From assembly GCA_965197745.1 (NCBI GenBank), contig CBDANS010000006.1, positions 544,001 to 608,000 of the forward strand: DNA of 64,000 nt. Reading direction: 5' to 3'. The notes under the pieces were generated by a model. The model saw only the letters and a program-made list of their open reading frames with translations, ran no database searches and had not been told where the DNA came from. Below, piece after piece: positions 10,580 to 22,309 of this stretch; position 1 is the stretch's first letter; each line of letters starts with the position of its first letter. Source of the DNA: Opitutales bacterium (GTDB taxonomy: Bacteria; Verrucomicrobiota; Verrucomicrobiia; Opitutales; PNEW01). A program made the translations under genes and the position numbers.

Positions 10580-13435
10580 ATGATCAAACCACGTCTCGGG
10601 AGCATGTGTAATATGAGAAATAACATAACACCCACTCGCTATTCACAACACCTGATACGCTTGATGATGGCAACATTTGCCCTGTTGTTCTTCTTTAGTA
10701 GCTCACTTTATTCCATGAGCAAAGCGCGGAAGGACGCCGAGGTGATGAAAGCACCGGAAGCCTGGGTAATGCGCGGGATTGATAGTTTTGCCCAAGGTCA
10801 TTTCGAGAACGCGGGTAACAATCTCTACGTGAACGCCAAGGGCGAGATTGAGATCATTAACCATTTCGATGTTAACCGTGACGGCTATGTCGACATCATT
10901 CTCGCCAATTCTCATGACCGCATTGAGCGCGGTCCCACCTGGGTATATACGCCCGAAAAAAGTTCGGGTGAGAGTTGGAAGCGACACCAAATGTCCGCGG
11001 ACAGCGGGTTAATGAGCCGGGTGATCGACGTGGATAGTGACGGTTTTAACGATCTGGTAACGGTGAACGCTCACAATGGAGTCACTTCCGAACTAAATTG
11101 TCATATTTACTGGGGAGGACCGGATGGCCCGGAAGCGAGCCGGACCGACATTCCGACGATTGGGGCACACGACGTAAATGCACTCGATATTAACCGAGAT
11201 GGACGGCTCGACCTGATCTTCCCCTCCGCGTGGAAAGACGGCCATAACCCGGCAAAACCACGATTAACTCACGTCTATATACAAGGAGAAAACCGCAGCT
11301 TTGAAGATAAGGGTAAGGAATACGGGATGATAGCAACCGGCGCTCTGGGAATTGATGCTGAAGATCTGAACAATGATGGGCATGCGGATATTGTATTGGC
11401 CAGTTACCGAGTAGGAAAAGTTGACCTCAATACCGAATCGTTAATATACTGGGGAACAGAGGATGGAGTAAATGCCGAGGATCCATTTCCATTACCCACT
11501 TATGGGGCGCGTCAGGTCATCCTTAAAGATCTGAACCGAGATGGGAGCAGCGACATTACTTTCAGCGGCAGTGGTCAAGTTCGCGTCTACTGGAATAAAG
11601 GCGGGACCATTGATACAGAAAACCCGGTAATCATTACAGCGGCAGGGCACACCGCGGAATTCAGCGAGAAAGTAATTCGCGCCGATATTTCTGATGTCGA
11701 TGCCGACGGCATTCCGGACCTCTTGATTGCTACCTCAAATGGCGTGCAGATCCGCTCTGGTGACAACCTGGAGAAAGTAAAATCAACGGTTAATGTGAAA
11801 AATTCCTCTTGGGTTACGGCTGCTGATCTCGACGGAGATGATCTTCCGGAGTTGATCATCAGTAAGCACTATGAGGGGAATGAATTCAGAACGAAGTCTC
11901 CTATCTATTGGAATGGACCGAATGGTTATTCCGATGACAACACCAGTTGGGTCCCGACGATAGGAGTAATAGGGAATGCCGCTGGCGATCTCAACGGGGA
12001 CGGAATACCGGAAGTAATATTTAACAATGTCGATGATGGCCATGTCCATTCCGTGCCCTCTTATATTTATTTTGGAAACAAAGAAGCTGAGTATAGTGTT
12101 GAAAACCGACTGGAACTGGAAACCATTCATAGCAATCTCGCATTAATTGCCGATTTGAACCTGGATGGTTATCCGGAAGTCGTGTTCAGCATTCCCAAAG
12201 GTTTGCGTATTTACGACGGAATGTCCGAAGGAATAAATCCAGACAAGTTTACTGATTTACACACAGGGTATACCCACTTTGATATTGAGACCACCGATTT
12301 TAATCGCGACGGATACCTCGATCTTCTTGCCGTAACCACGGTACTGGCTGTCAAGGATGATCCTGAAAAAACGTCGATCATTTATTATGGATCAGCGGAC
12401 GGATTTTCCAATTCACGCATCGATCGTTTAAAGAACTACGGATTCACCGCCGCGATCGGGGATGTCAATAATGACGGATACATCGATGTCGCATTCCATG
12501 ATATTCGGGATCAGTTACTAATTTACTTCGGTCAAGCCGATGGTTTTTCCGACCGCCACATGCAATTTCTTCCCTGCGACGCGACGGGAGATGCGGTAAA
12601 AATTAATTTTGCCGACCTGAATAATGATGGCTGGTTGGACATGATTGCGAGTATCCTTGGAACCCGCCTCCGCCATAAAGACACTCTCCGTATTTTTTAC
12701 GGCAGCTCTGACGGTTACAGTCCTGAGAATATTCAGGAATTTTTTGGCGGTTACAGTGCCAGGTTTACGGGAATAGCAGATTATAATAATGATGGCAATT
12801 TGGATCTCGTGGTTTCTGCTTATGCAACCCCTACGACAAGAGTGCCACCCGCACAGTTATTTTGGGGTGATGGTAAAGGACTGGATCTGGAGAACCCCGT
12901 TAATTTTACAGCTTATGGGTCGGGTGATGTGATTCAAATAGATTTAAATCGAGATGGCTGGATCGATATCGTCCTGGCCTGCCACCGGGATGATATCGGC
13001 CACCAGGTTGATTCGTTGATTTATTGGAATGGTCCCGACGGGTTCTTTGCAAAAGAGCCGACACGTATCCCCGGGTTGGGACCTCATGGGATGTATTCCT
13101 ACGACCATGGTAACGCTTTCACAAGGAAACCCGAAGAGAATTATTTTTCCCCACCCTTTGAGCTGGGTAATCGAGCGGTTCGCAGTATCCATTGGGAAAG
13201 TGAGGAGACAGAACTTTTAAAGATAAAATTCCAGCTTCGGTGGAGTGAAACGGAAGAGGGCCTGGAGACTGCCGCCTGGTCGGGCCCGGATGGTGACAAT
13301 TCCTATTATCAAACTTCGGGTGAAGCGATTCAGGGTATTCTAAGTGATGCCCAGTGGCTGCAATATAAAGCGACGCTGGTTTCACCCTATGGGTGTGGTT
13401 CTCCTAAATTGAAAGAAGTTCGGATTGTCCTCTAG
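10580..13435 (+). CDS. Secreted FG-GAP/VCBS repeat protein
   Basis: Signal-like N-terminus and many DxNxDGxxD repeats. True start may be a downstream Met. Confidence 0.9.
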   Translation: MIKPRLGSMCNMRNNITPTRYSQHLIRLMMATFALLFFFSSSLYSMSKARKDAEVMKAPEAWVMRGIDSFAQGHFENAGNNLYVNAKGEIEIINHFDVNRDGYVDIILANSHDRIERGPTWVYTPEKSSGESWKRHQMSADSGLMSRVIDVDSDGFNDLVTVNAHNGVTSELNCHIYWGGPDGPEASRTDIPTIGAHDVNALDINRDGRLDLIFPSAWKDGHNPAKPRLTHVYIQGENRSFEDKGKEYGMIATGALGIDAEDLNNDGHADIVLASYRVGKVDLNTESLIYWGTEDGVNAEDPFPLPTYGARQVILKDLNRDGSSDITFSGSGQVRVYWNKGGTIDTENPVIITAAGHTAEFSEKVIRADISDVDADGIPDLLIATSNGVQIRSGDNLEKVKSTVNVKNSSWVTAADLDGDDLPELIISKHYEGNEFRTKSPIYWNGPNGYSDDNTSWVPTIGVIGNAAGDLNGDGIPEVIFNNVDDGHVHSVPSYIYFGNKEAEYSVENRLELETIHSNLALIADLNLDGYPEVVFSIPKGLRIYDGMSEGINPDKFTDLHTGYTHFDIETTDFNRDGYLDLLAVTTVLAVKDDPEKTSIIYYGSADGFSNSRIDRLKNYGFTAAIGDVNNDGYIDVAFHDIRDQLLIYFGQADGFSDRHMQFLPCDATGDAVKINFADLNNDGWLDMIASILGTRLRHKDTLRIFYGSSDGYSPENIQEFFGGYSARFTGIADYNNDGNLDLVVSAYATPTTRVPPAQLFWGDGKGLDLENPVNFTAYGSGDVIQIDLNRDGWIDIVLACHRDDIGHQVDSLIYWNGPDGFFAKEPTRIPGLGPHGMYSYDHGNAFTRKPEENYFSPPFELGNRAVRSIHWESEETELLKIKFQLRWSETEEGLETAAWSGPDGDNSYYQTSGEAIQGILSDAQWLQYKATLVSPYGCGSPKLKEVRIVL

Positions 13436-13535
13436 CAAAAACACATTGTATAAGTAAATATTTAGATTGTGTGAGGTATACAGATTAATTGATATTTAAT
13501 CGTTCTCAAAAAACTTCTAATCAGGAAATAAAATC

Positions 13536-13712
13536 ATGCGTATTAAAAAATTTTTAACGCTTCTTGTATTTTCACTGGGATGCCCTGTTTTCCTCAATGC
13601 AGCCTCTCAAGATCTCGACGCTTTTTTCGATTTTGAAAATGTCACGGGAGAGGGCGCAGAATTCATTATCGGTGAATCGCCCAATAGTATCCGGGTTAGT
13701 ATCTTTATTTGA
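13536..13712 (+). pseudogene. 5' fragment of a paralog of the 14107 secreted protein
   Basis: MRIKKFLTLLVFSLGCPVFLNAASQDLDAFFDFENVTGEGAEFIIGESPNSI resembles PQDQEVFLDFEDAEGSGDFTLGDPPNEI. Confidence 0.7.
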
Positions 13713-13933
13713 GGAAATTTCTCTTTAATAAGATGGAGTATATCTAACCCGCTTAATTCAGGTAATCGAATGTCCAAGATGATAAGGTCAGGATTAAGTT
13801 TCATGCACTCTAACATTGCTATCTGACCATTACCGTTGGCTCCTACAACTTCTGCTCCAGGGCAAAATTCTGCCAAGTGCTCAATGAGCATTTCACACAA
13901 AAGTGCATCATCTTCAGCTATGTATATTTTCAT
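13607..13933 (-). pseudogene. Truncated response regulator (receiver domain only)
   Basis: IAEDD...PDLIILDIRLPELSGLD. Homology ends near 13697, where the frame runs into the opposing gene fragment. Confidence 0.75.
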
Positions 13934-14106
13934 AATACGTACTCAGCCTCTATTATTTATAAACGGCATAGATTTTTCCACCTATAGCTCTCGCATTTAA
14001 TTAAATAATAATTAGATTGGATTATCAACCAACCCGGCAAAAAAATGCTTCATAAGCGCAAATTCATTGCTGCTATCTCTGGCATCGATTTAATCGTTAT
14101 AACAGC

Positions 14107-16349
14107 ATGAAAAGAAAACCTATAAAAATAATTCCGATTCTGCTTCTCTTGCTCTCTTTACCGGCCCGTCTCTATGCCCTTCCGCAAGACCAGGAAGTAT
14201 TTTTAGATTTTGAAGATGCTGAAGGTTCGGGAGACTTTACCCTTGGTGATCCGCCGAATGAAATTCAATTTCTCGGCTTTACGATTGAGACATTAGAAGA
14301 TCCGACACTTTTACACTCGGGAACGAAAGCTTTAACTCTTGGGCCCGGTCAGGAGGGGCTAATCGTAAGTAACCGAGGGATTAATACCCTCGAATTTTAC
14401 GCGGCTGAATCAACAGGTGGTAGCAAAATCGAGCTTAGAGGTTTAGTCAATCCAGAAAGCTTCGGCTTCGCTTTAGATACTACGGTTATAACCGTGATTC
14501 CTGATAATGGTGTGGTTGAAGGACTGCCGGCCAACATCAGCCCTGGAGCCAACCCGCTATTGCAAAGCTTTGTCGCTGACAGCGGCGATTTTCTTGATGC
14601 CACTGACCTGGAATTACTTGAAGGGATAAAAGAAGTGAAGATCCTCAATGTTTCAGGTAAGTTTTCCCTCGATGATCTTGGCTACACCATCACGGATAAA
14701 CCTTCCAATAATACCGTCTACACCCGATTTGAGGAATTTAGTGTCGGTGCAGGCATAATGGATCCTATTGTCATTGGGACATCACCCAATACTGTTACCT
14801 TTGATGGAGGCTCGATTATAATAAGATTTACATGCGGATGTAGTACAATGCACTCGCATTCGCAAGCTTATGCGATTCCGAATGGTGAGGAATTCACGGT
14901 CAACTTTGAAACCCCTGCTTATGAAGTAGATTTTTACGCCCAGAATTCAATTATGGTAAGAGAGCCGTTCGATCCCGATGGCTCATTTGAAGTCTACGAT
15001 ACTAATGATAACCTGATCGGGACCTTCACTAATTTTGAGTCGGCTCTTGATCCGCAATTTAAACCCTTTTTTTTACCCTAAACGCGGTGGAATTAGGAGC
15101 GCCAGGAGGAATCAGCAGGCTTGTTTTTAAGGACGATCCAACGGTGAACACTGGTGGATTCAGCACTACGGGTATAGACGACTTTGGTTTTACGCCGATC
15201 GGCGCTCCAGGAACCAGCACTGAAGGACCACCCCCTGTTGATGCTCCAACCATTACCGTCCAGCCTGCGAGCCAGGAAGTGCAGTCCGGCGCATCGGCAA
15301 GTTTATCGGTTGTCGCCAGCGGCGATGATCTCACTTACCAGTGGCATACTGGCAACAGTGGTGACACTTCGAGTCCAATCGCTGGAGCCACCAGCAGCAC
15401 CTTGACCACCAGCGCTCTCACCGTGAACACAAATTTCTGGGTACAGGTAACCAATGTCGGAGGTACCGCTGACAGCGATACGGCCGTCATCACCATTGCC
15501 GCACCGCCTGTACCCCTGGTCCTCGAAGGAACGGGTGATATCGCCGGAGAGAACATCATGCATCCCAACGGCAATATCTTCGACCAGATCCTGCTCACCG
15601 GAGAAAGCATCAGGCTTCAGGCCAGACCGAATCAGATCACCCGGGTCTCGTTCATGGACGAAACCGAGGATATTGTACAAGTAGAGTTTTCAGGGGCAGG
15701 TACCTTTACCGTAACCCTGGACCCGGCCACCTTCCTGCCCCCGGCGATACCCCCGCGCTACAACCAGGCAGTAGAGTACGTAACGGGCAAACCGAGCGTG
15801 GTGATCGATGGCGCCGACTCCAGTACCTTCTTCAGTATTTTCACGGTGGGGAGGATCAATGCGGTGAACCAGGCCCTCTTCCCCGAGGGACAGGTTTATG
15901 ATGCCCAGGCCGACGTCACCCTGGTGGAAGTGATCAACTCCACGGGAATGGGAGGGATGCAGCTGTCGAACACGGTGTTCAGTGGAAGCACCGGCAACGT
16001 CGGGGTGATTGCTCGAGGCGTGCCGATTGGGGTACGCTTAACCGTAGGGGACATCGATGCTGACGGCGATGCAGTGCCCCACCTCTTGTTTGGTGAAGGA
16101 TCCTTTACCATACCTGCTGGCAACCCCGGGCTGCGGATCACCGGAGGAGACCTGGCGCAGACAAACGGAGCTTCAATTGTAGTCGCGGAAAGTGGATCGA
16201 CGACAACGGGGTTTGACGAGACCTTTATCTCTCAGAACAACTTCAAGTCTGACAACACGCCCCAACCGACTCAGAGTATTGATGCCACCTTCGCTAACGA
16301 GGATGGTGACGACATCATTGTCACTGTGGATGAGATGGTGATTGAGTGA
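14107..16349 (+). CDS. Secreted protein with an Ig-like domain and a conserved C-terminal domain, split by a frameshift at a T8 run
   Basis: ORFs 14107-15081 and 15087-16349 join if T8 at 15067-15074 is T9 or T6. Signal peptide and PTITVQP..LTYQW Ig motif present. Confidence 0.75.
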
Positions 16350-16394
16350 TCTTTCAAAAAGTTTTAGGTGTTAAGTTTTAAGTGTTAGGCAATT

Positions 16395-16471
16395 AGGTGG
16401 AGCGCGCTATCCCTAGCGCGTTTGTATATATTCTTAATTAAGAAGTGCGCTGGGGACAGCCCGCTCCACCT
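16395..16471. repeat. REP-like palindromic pair (aggtggagcgcgct...cccgctccacct) flanked by 7-mer tandem repeats
   Basis: Inverted arms; near-identical unit at 42062-42137; flanking ttttaag/tgttaag and cttaaaa/cttaaca repeats. Confidence 0.8.
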
Positions 16472-16542
16472 CTTAACCTAAAACTTAACACTTAAAACAT
16501 AACACGCGCATAAGCGCTCATCCCCTGTGTCATCGCGTGCTC

Positions 16543-18660
16543 TCAGTAGTTTGACCGGCTACGATCAAAAAAGAATTGTTCGGGTCGGGCAATGCCGGGG
16601 GTTTGCAAGGTTGCGCTGTTGGGTGCAACATCGGGAACATTTCGAAAATTATTTTTAACCACGACAACGCCGTTCAAAGCAGGTGTCTGTCCGACGGTGC
16701 CAATAACATACAGGTTGTTTGAATGGATTCTCCACAATTCTTTTCCCAGTTCCGTACGCATCGCTTTGGGTAGACTATTACCTTCCTCAAATATCTCCAG
16801 CAAATGTTTAAGATCGCCGGAAGGCGCCACGCCCTTTTGACCGTCAGTTAAATACCATAAGCCGATGAGCGGGGCGAAAGCACCGCGAAGGATAGGTATG
16901 GTCATATTGGGGTAAGTCCACGGGTTTTCAGAACCGCCACTATACCCCATGTTAAGTTGGTGTTCGTTGTTTCCTCGCCGTCTACCATAGTAACCTCCCC
17001 CTTCAACGCTTAAATGTAATTTTAGGCCGACATCATTCCAATGATTCACGAGAAGTTCAGCTATACTTTGAAAATCTACTAACGCCTGAGTCGGTATTGA
17101 GAGGGTAATCGTCAGACGTTCGTTATTGTCAGTGCGCAGGCGGTATCCTTCACTGTCCTTTTTATCTAAACCGATAGCGTCGAGGATCGCGTTGGATTGT
17201 TCCAGGTTGCGAACCGCATGCTTTTTCTCATATTCAGGACCGGGATAATACGGGTTGTTCGGGAAGGGGAGGAAGGCTCTTGGCTTGCCCATTCCAAGAA
17301 AAATCGATTCGTGTATCTCCTCTCGATCAATGGCAAGAGAGAGGGCTATCCGAAAATCGCGGCTTCTAAGCCACTTTTCTATTTCGGTATCTCCACGCCA
17401 GGTTTGGTTAACATAGATGATGCCGTCGGAACCTCCTAAATTTGGCCAGAAGAGTACGCGGTAGTCACCCTTGTCTGCTTCCCGCTTGAGCACCGGGACT
17501 TTGTCTAAACGGATATGACGATGTTGCATATCCACCTCCCCGGCCATGACGCGTGCATTGAACACCTCGGTGTCCTCAAAGAAGCGCATAACAATCTTGT
17601 CGATATAGGGAAGCTGATTCCCTTCGGGATCGACGGCAAAGTAATAGGGGTTGCGCTCCAAAGAATAATTTTCACTGGTTATCGGAGTGACCATCTTCCA
17701 TGGCCCGACCACCGGTATTTCACGGTTCCTGTGGGGTGAGGCCATGCGTTTGAAGAGTTGCACCCAACTTCTGTCCCCCGTTGCTTTTATTTTATTTTGC
17801 AGTTCACTTAAGGGGGTGTACTTCGGGAGAAACTGCATTAAGTAATGCCAGGGAGCGTAGAGAGGACTTTCCCATCGGCGAACGAACTGGCCACCAACGT
17901 TTAAACCAGCAACATTCTCGATGAACACATAGTTGGGTTTATGAAAGGTATAACGAACTGTGGTCTCATCTAACTTTTCCACTTTGAATAGTTGCCCATT
18001 CGCTTTTGTGTAGCTGAATTTTACCGGGTTGATATTATCATTCAATGTTACATCTTCGAAGGCGAAAACAAAGTCATCAGCCGTGAAAGGCGCTCCATCA
18101 GACCACTTCATTCCCTGGCGCAGATGGAAAGTGAATGTTGTCCCGTCTTCGCTGATATCCCATGATTTTGCGATGTGAGCCATCAGGGCATAGCCATCGA
18201 GGTCAAAGTAAATTAAGTGATCATGTATAATCCGATCCATGTTGTTAGTATCAAGCCCCGTAAAACCGCGGCGCCAGGTGCCGCCGTATTGACCGATGCG
18301 TTCGATAGGCGGAATAATCAATGGCTCTTCCGGCAGGCGGTCTTCTACCGGAGGCAATTCCCCCGCGGCAACGCGCTTCGCCAGTTCAGGAGCTTCACTG
18401 AATGTCGTGGGTGTCGGACCCTTATAAATAAAACTGAATCCCTCAGTACTGACATATTCAGGCTGAGTTACTTCAGGTTCGTGTGAAAGTGAAGGTGGAG
18501 CATCCCTGGAACAACCGAACGGATTACTTATTATAAGAATTAAGAAAAAAACAAGTGACCCCCAATCGATTGCCGATTGCGGATTTGGAAGATGTCGGGC
18601 TTCGCCCTCGGTACTGATTGCGGATTGATCAGAATGCACGATACAGGATCCATGATGCAC
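16543..18660 (-). CDS. ABC transporter peptide/nickel-type substrate-binding protein (family 5), orphan
   Basis: ELPPVEDRLPEEP, GQYGGT, KWSDGAPFTADD and GNQLPYID motifs. Start uncertain because the N-terminus is repeat-derived. Confidence 0.88.
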   Translation of the reverse strand: MHHGSCIVHSDQSAISTEGEARHLPNPQSAIDWGSLVFFLILIISNPFGCSRDAPPSLSHEPEVTQPEYVSTEGFSFIYKGPTPTTFSEAPELAKRVAAGELPPVEDRLPEEPLIIPPIERIGQYGGTWRRGFTGLDTNNMDRIIHDHLIYFDLDGYALMAHIAKSWDISEDGTTFTFHLRQGMKWSDGAPFTADDFVFAFEDVTLNDNINPVKFSYTKANGQLFKVEKLDETTVRYTFHKPNYVFIENVAGLNVGGQFVRRWESPLYAPWHYLMQFLPKYTPLSELQNKIKATGDRSWVQLFKRMASPHRNREIPVVGPWKMVTPITSENYSLERNPYYFAVDPEGNQLPYIDKIVMRFFEDTEVFNARVMAGEVDMQHRHIRLDKVPVLKREADKGDYRVLFWPNLGGSDGIIYVNQTWRGDTEIEKWLRSRDFRIALSLAIDREEIHESIFLGMGKPRAFLPFPNNPYYPGPEYEKKHAVRNLEQSNAILDAIGLDKKDSEGYRLRTDNNERLTITLSIPTQALVDFQSIAELLVNHWNDVGLKLHLSVEGGGYYGRRRGNNEHQLNMGYSGGSENPWTYPNMTIPILRGAFAPLIGLWYLTDGQKGVAPSGDLKHLLEIFEEGNSLPKAMRTELGKELWRIHSNNLYVIGTVGQTPALNGVVVVKNNFRNVPDVAPNSATLQTPGIARPEQFFFDRSRSNY

Positions 18661-18845
18661 GATGCAGGTTGCAAGAATTAATGAGTGTGAAAAGAATAAC
18701 GCGTTCGCGTCTTCTCCTAAAACCTAACACTTAAAACTTAACACGCGCGTCAGCGCTCCCGCCATTGCGGGACTATTGCCTGGCAAGTCGGCGTGGCAAG
18801 TTGCGGATTGATTATAACGAATAATGCTATAAGTTAAAAGGTGAC

Positions 18846-19982
18846 ATGGCGAATAAAGCAGAGTATACAAAGGCAATGGCCGCTTACGTTCGCGAGGGGG
18901 AGCGCATGGCCTATGAAATTGGCAACCGCGGCTCCATCAGATTCAATCCCGACGGCACATTGCACAATGACATCACTGATGCCTATTGGCGTTGCGGTTT
19001 CTACGTGTTTGAAGGTGTTCTGAGCGCGGAAGAGCTCAATGACCTGCGTACCGATTTAGCGCGTGTTTTCGACCGCGCGCCCTACACCAAGGATGCGCCG
19101 GTTGATGCCAAGGATCGGCCCGCTCTTGGAGCAGAGTTTTACCGGTCGCCATTCAATTTTGCCAGGCCGTTGAGCGACCCGGTGGGCGGCACCTCGAACA
19201 GCCCCCGCTCCCCGGTCAAGATGAGCGAATCTTCACCTCCCGACAATGCTCCGGACTATGTGATTCACAAGATCTCCAGCAACTTACAGATCATGGACTC
19301 TTGCTTAAGGCTCTACGGACATCCTCAACTCTTGTCGATTGCGGAGCAGATCAACGGCCCCGACTTCACCCCGTTCGCCGAGTCGATCATCGTCAAGCCG
19401 GCGGGATTGGGGGCTACCGTGGCCTGGCACCAGGACGGAACCCGACAGTGGGACAAACCGGACTGGGATGAGGGGACTCACGGGTTCAATTTCATGGCGC
19501 AAATATACGGCAGCACCGCCGCCAACGGAGTATGGGTGCTACCCGGATCACACAAAAGAGGCAAAATCGACATCGAGGCCATGATCAAGGCCAACCATGG
19601 CTCTGATCGCCTGCCCGGTGCGATACCGATGGTGTGCGAGCCAGGCGACGTGGTCATCGCCAACCGCCAGGCCTTACATTGCTCTTTCGCCAACACCTCA
19701 CCGGACAAGCGGATAACAATCAACTTCGGGTTCCACCGTCGTTCATCCGTGCTCAGTCTGCGAACGATAGTCAATGATCTGCCGGTGGTCTACGATGAAG
19801 AGCGCATTTACGAAAGGTCCCGATTGATTGCCCTGGCCATAGATGCCAGACAGCAGCGCTTTCCCCACGAACCGCGCTATATTTACCAGCCCATGTTGGG
19901 ACAGGAGGAAGCCAACCGGTGGAACGAAACGACGAGGGAAAGCATCCTTAAAGACTACGACATCAGGAACCTGGGCAATTGA
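18846..19982 (+). CDS. PhyH-family Fe/2OG dioxygenase
   Basis: VAWHQD, WVLPGSHK and LHCS motifs. Confidence 0.88.
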   Translation: MANKAEYTKAMAAYVREGERMAYEIGNRGSIRFNPDGTLHNDITDAYWRCGFYVFEGVLSAEELNDLRTDLARVFDRAPYTKDAPVDAKDRPALGAEFYRSPFNFARPLSDPVGGTSNSPRSPVKMSESSPPDNAPDYVIHKISSNLQIMDSCLRLYGHPQLLSIAEQINGPDFTPFAESIIVKPAGLGATVAWHQDGTRQWDKPDWDEGTHGFNFMAQIYGSTAANGVWVLPGSHKRGKIDIEAMIKANHGSDRLPGAIPMVCEPGDVVIANRQALHCSFANTSPDKRITINFGFHRRSSVLSLRTIVNDLPVVYDEERIYERSRLIALAIDARQQRFPHEPRYIYQPMLGQEEANRWNETTRESILKDYDIRNLGN

Positions 19983-20171
19983 GATTACGCCGCAAAACGT
20001 TGTCGGCTATTACAGTCAAAAGGAAATAAATCAATCTGCTGAACCGCTACAGGAAATATAATTGATTCCTCCCCTATATCGATTGTCTCCTCAACGTATC
20101 GGCTTTCTCTGGATGGAGAGACGGGGTCACTCCTGTCCTTCGCGTCACAAGAGCCCGGCAAAGTCAAAAGT

Positions 20172-20227
20172 GGTCAGGCTTTGCATCTTGGCATTTTTTA
20201 ATAATTGCATAGATTCAAAGCCTGACC
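20172..20227. repeat. Imperfect inverted repeat (REP-like)
   Basis: ggtcaggctttgcatct ... agattcaaagcctgacc. Confidence 0.6.
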
Positions 20228-20438
20228 CTTTTAATTTCCTGTGTTAAATCAAGTTTCCTCTCAGTTACTGTCGTGAGAAAGAACGAAAATGAGCACCGAT
20301 CAGTCACCGACTAAGTCTTACCGCGCCACGGCCTTTGCCGACGCCAAGACGCCAAACCCGAGCTAGCGGCGCCCGGGGCCACTCCGGAGCGGCTGGCCCA
20401 CCTGGAGGAGCATGGCTTCGTCATCATCACCGACTTTG

Positions 20439-20959
20439 TCAACAACCCGTGGATCCCCCATTCTCCGTGAGGCAGCACTCCCACTGGCGGCGGTTCCACC
20501 ACGGTCCCCGCAGCCGTCCCCCATAATACAGGACCTGACTTCTGCCCTGCGCGTCCAGGCGCTGGCGTTGGATCATTAAACTCTGCCGTTGTCGACTTAC
20601 ACTGCGTTGGCGCTCCTCGGCTTCGCTCGGGACATAGACTACACTGAATGCATCCTTGTTGCCGTTGAGATAACGGTCCAAAGACAGGGCCATTTTACGG
20701 GCATCGCGTTGGTCGGTTTTGACTTTCTTGCCATACTCGTCCCAGTCGCGGGGACGGATCACGTAGTTTTGCACTCCCAGCTCCTTTAAGCGCCTATGCA
20801 AGCCGTATCCAAACGGTCCGGCTTCATAGTAGCTGACTACGCGGTGGGCTTCCTTCACTTGTTCTTCTACCCATTTTAGAAACGAAGGGGGACTGAACCG
20901 GCGGGGCGCTTTTGGCGTAGCTGCGTCCACCATCATGACCACCACATAGCGGTCGATAT
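20439..20959 (-). pseudogene. IS110-family transposase N-terminal (DEDD) fragment
   Basis: YEAGPFGYGLHRRL and KVKTDQRDA motifs. 5' end cut by the IS3 at 20960 and C-terminal half missing. Confidence 0.85.
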
Positions 20960-22309
20960 TGATGTGACCCCCAAAAACCGTATCATTTACAGAGAGAGAT
21001 TATCGGAATAAACAGATAACCTCAATGAAAAGAAAAAGATAACCAACAGAACAGATCATATCAATACTGCAGCAAGCCGATACCGGCAAAACGGTAGAGG
21101 AACTCTGCCGTGGTAACAACCTAAGCGAACAAACCTTCTATCGCTGGGGTAAAAAGTATGGCAACTTGGAGCTGGCCGATGCGAAGCAATTTAAAGAGCT
21201 GGAAAAAGAAAACACCGAACTGAAGAAGCTGTTGCTGATCAAATGATCAAGAACCAAGTCTTGGAGGAAACGTTCTCATAAAAAGGGTAAGCCCAAAGCA
21301 GAAGAAGCGAGCAGTAAAAGATGCGGCTGAGAGAGGGCTGTGCTCGTTTTAGAGGGCATGTTCCTATCTCAGCCTCAGTTGGTCAACGTTCAGCTATCGG
21401 CCCAAGCAGACTAGCAAGAAAGCCCAATGATTGGCCGAGCGGATTGTAACTTTGTCCTGGGAACATCCGCGCTACGGTTATCGGCGCATCCGTGCCTTAC
21501 TGGTAAAGGAGGGCTGGACAACAAGCAGGAAGTTTGTCCAGGCAGTACGAGGTGCAGAGGGCTTACAGGTAAAGCGAACGAAAAAGCGCAGCCCCCGTCA
21601 AGGGGTCTCAACAGGGCTCCCCACTAAAGCAAAAGAACGCAATCACGTTTGGTCCTGGGACTTTGTCCATGATCGCACAGACAATGGCGGTCCATTAAAG
21701 ATGATGACCTTAATCTATGAATACACACGTATATGTTTAAGCCACCGGGTAGATAGACAGCTCACCTCAACCGATGTCCTCTCTGTGCTTAGCGAGGCCA
21801 TCGAAGAGGAGGGAGCTCCTAGCTATATGCGTAGTGACAACGGCAGTGTTCCTAGGAGCGAAGCGACGACATGCCAAGCCATTCATTGCTCATCAAGTGC
21901 AGCAGTGGTTGTCAGACAAAAACATCAAGGCGATCTATATCGATCCAGCCAGTCACTGGCTACCGAGCGAAGCGACACCTCAACGAGCCATAGCGAGAAT
22001 AACAAACGGTTTCATCGAGTCGTTTCACAACCGCTTACGCGATGAGTGTTTGAACCGTGAAGTGTTGCTCAGCGTAGCTGAAGCGCAAGTGGTAATCGAA
22101 CAATGGCGTCATAATTACAATAATGAACATCCCCACAGTCGTTTAGGCTTCAAAAGCCCACAAGAGTTTGTCAGATTCCTTTCCGATCTTGGCCGCGTTC
22201 GGGCTACGCCCTCACTTCGCCAAGATCTCTGCTATACACCAATCCTAAAACCATTAACACCCGGTAACTCTCTCACTTAAAAATTGGTACGAATAACGGG
22301 GTCCGATCA
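20960..22309 (+). mobile_element. IS3-family element, pseudogenised, with two micro-insertions in orfB
   Basis: IRs tgatgtgaccccc... and ...ggggtccgatca. OrfA has stops. OrfB has WSWDF, SDNGS and NGFIESFHNRLRDE. Confidence 0.92.
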
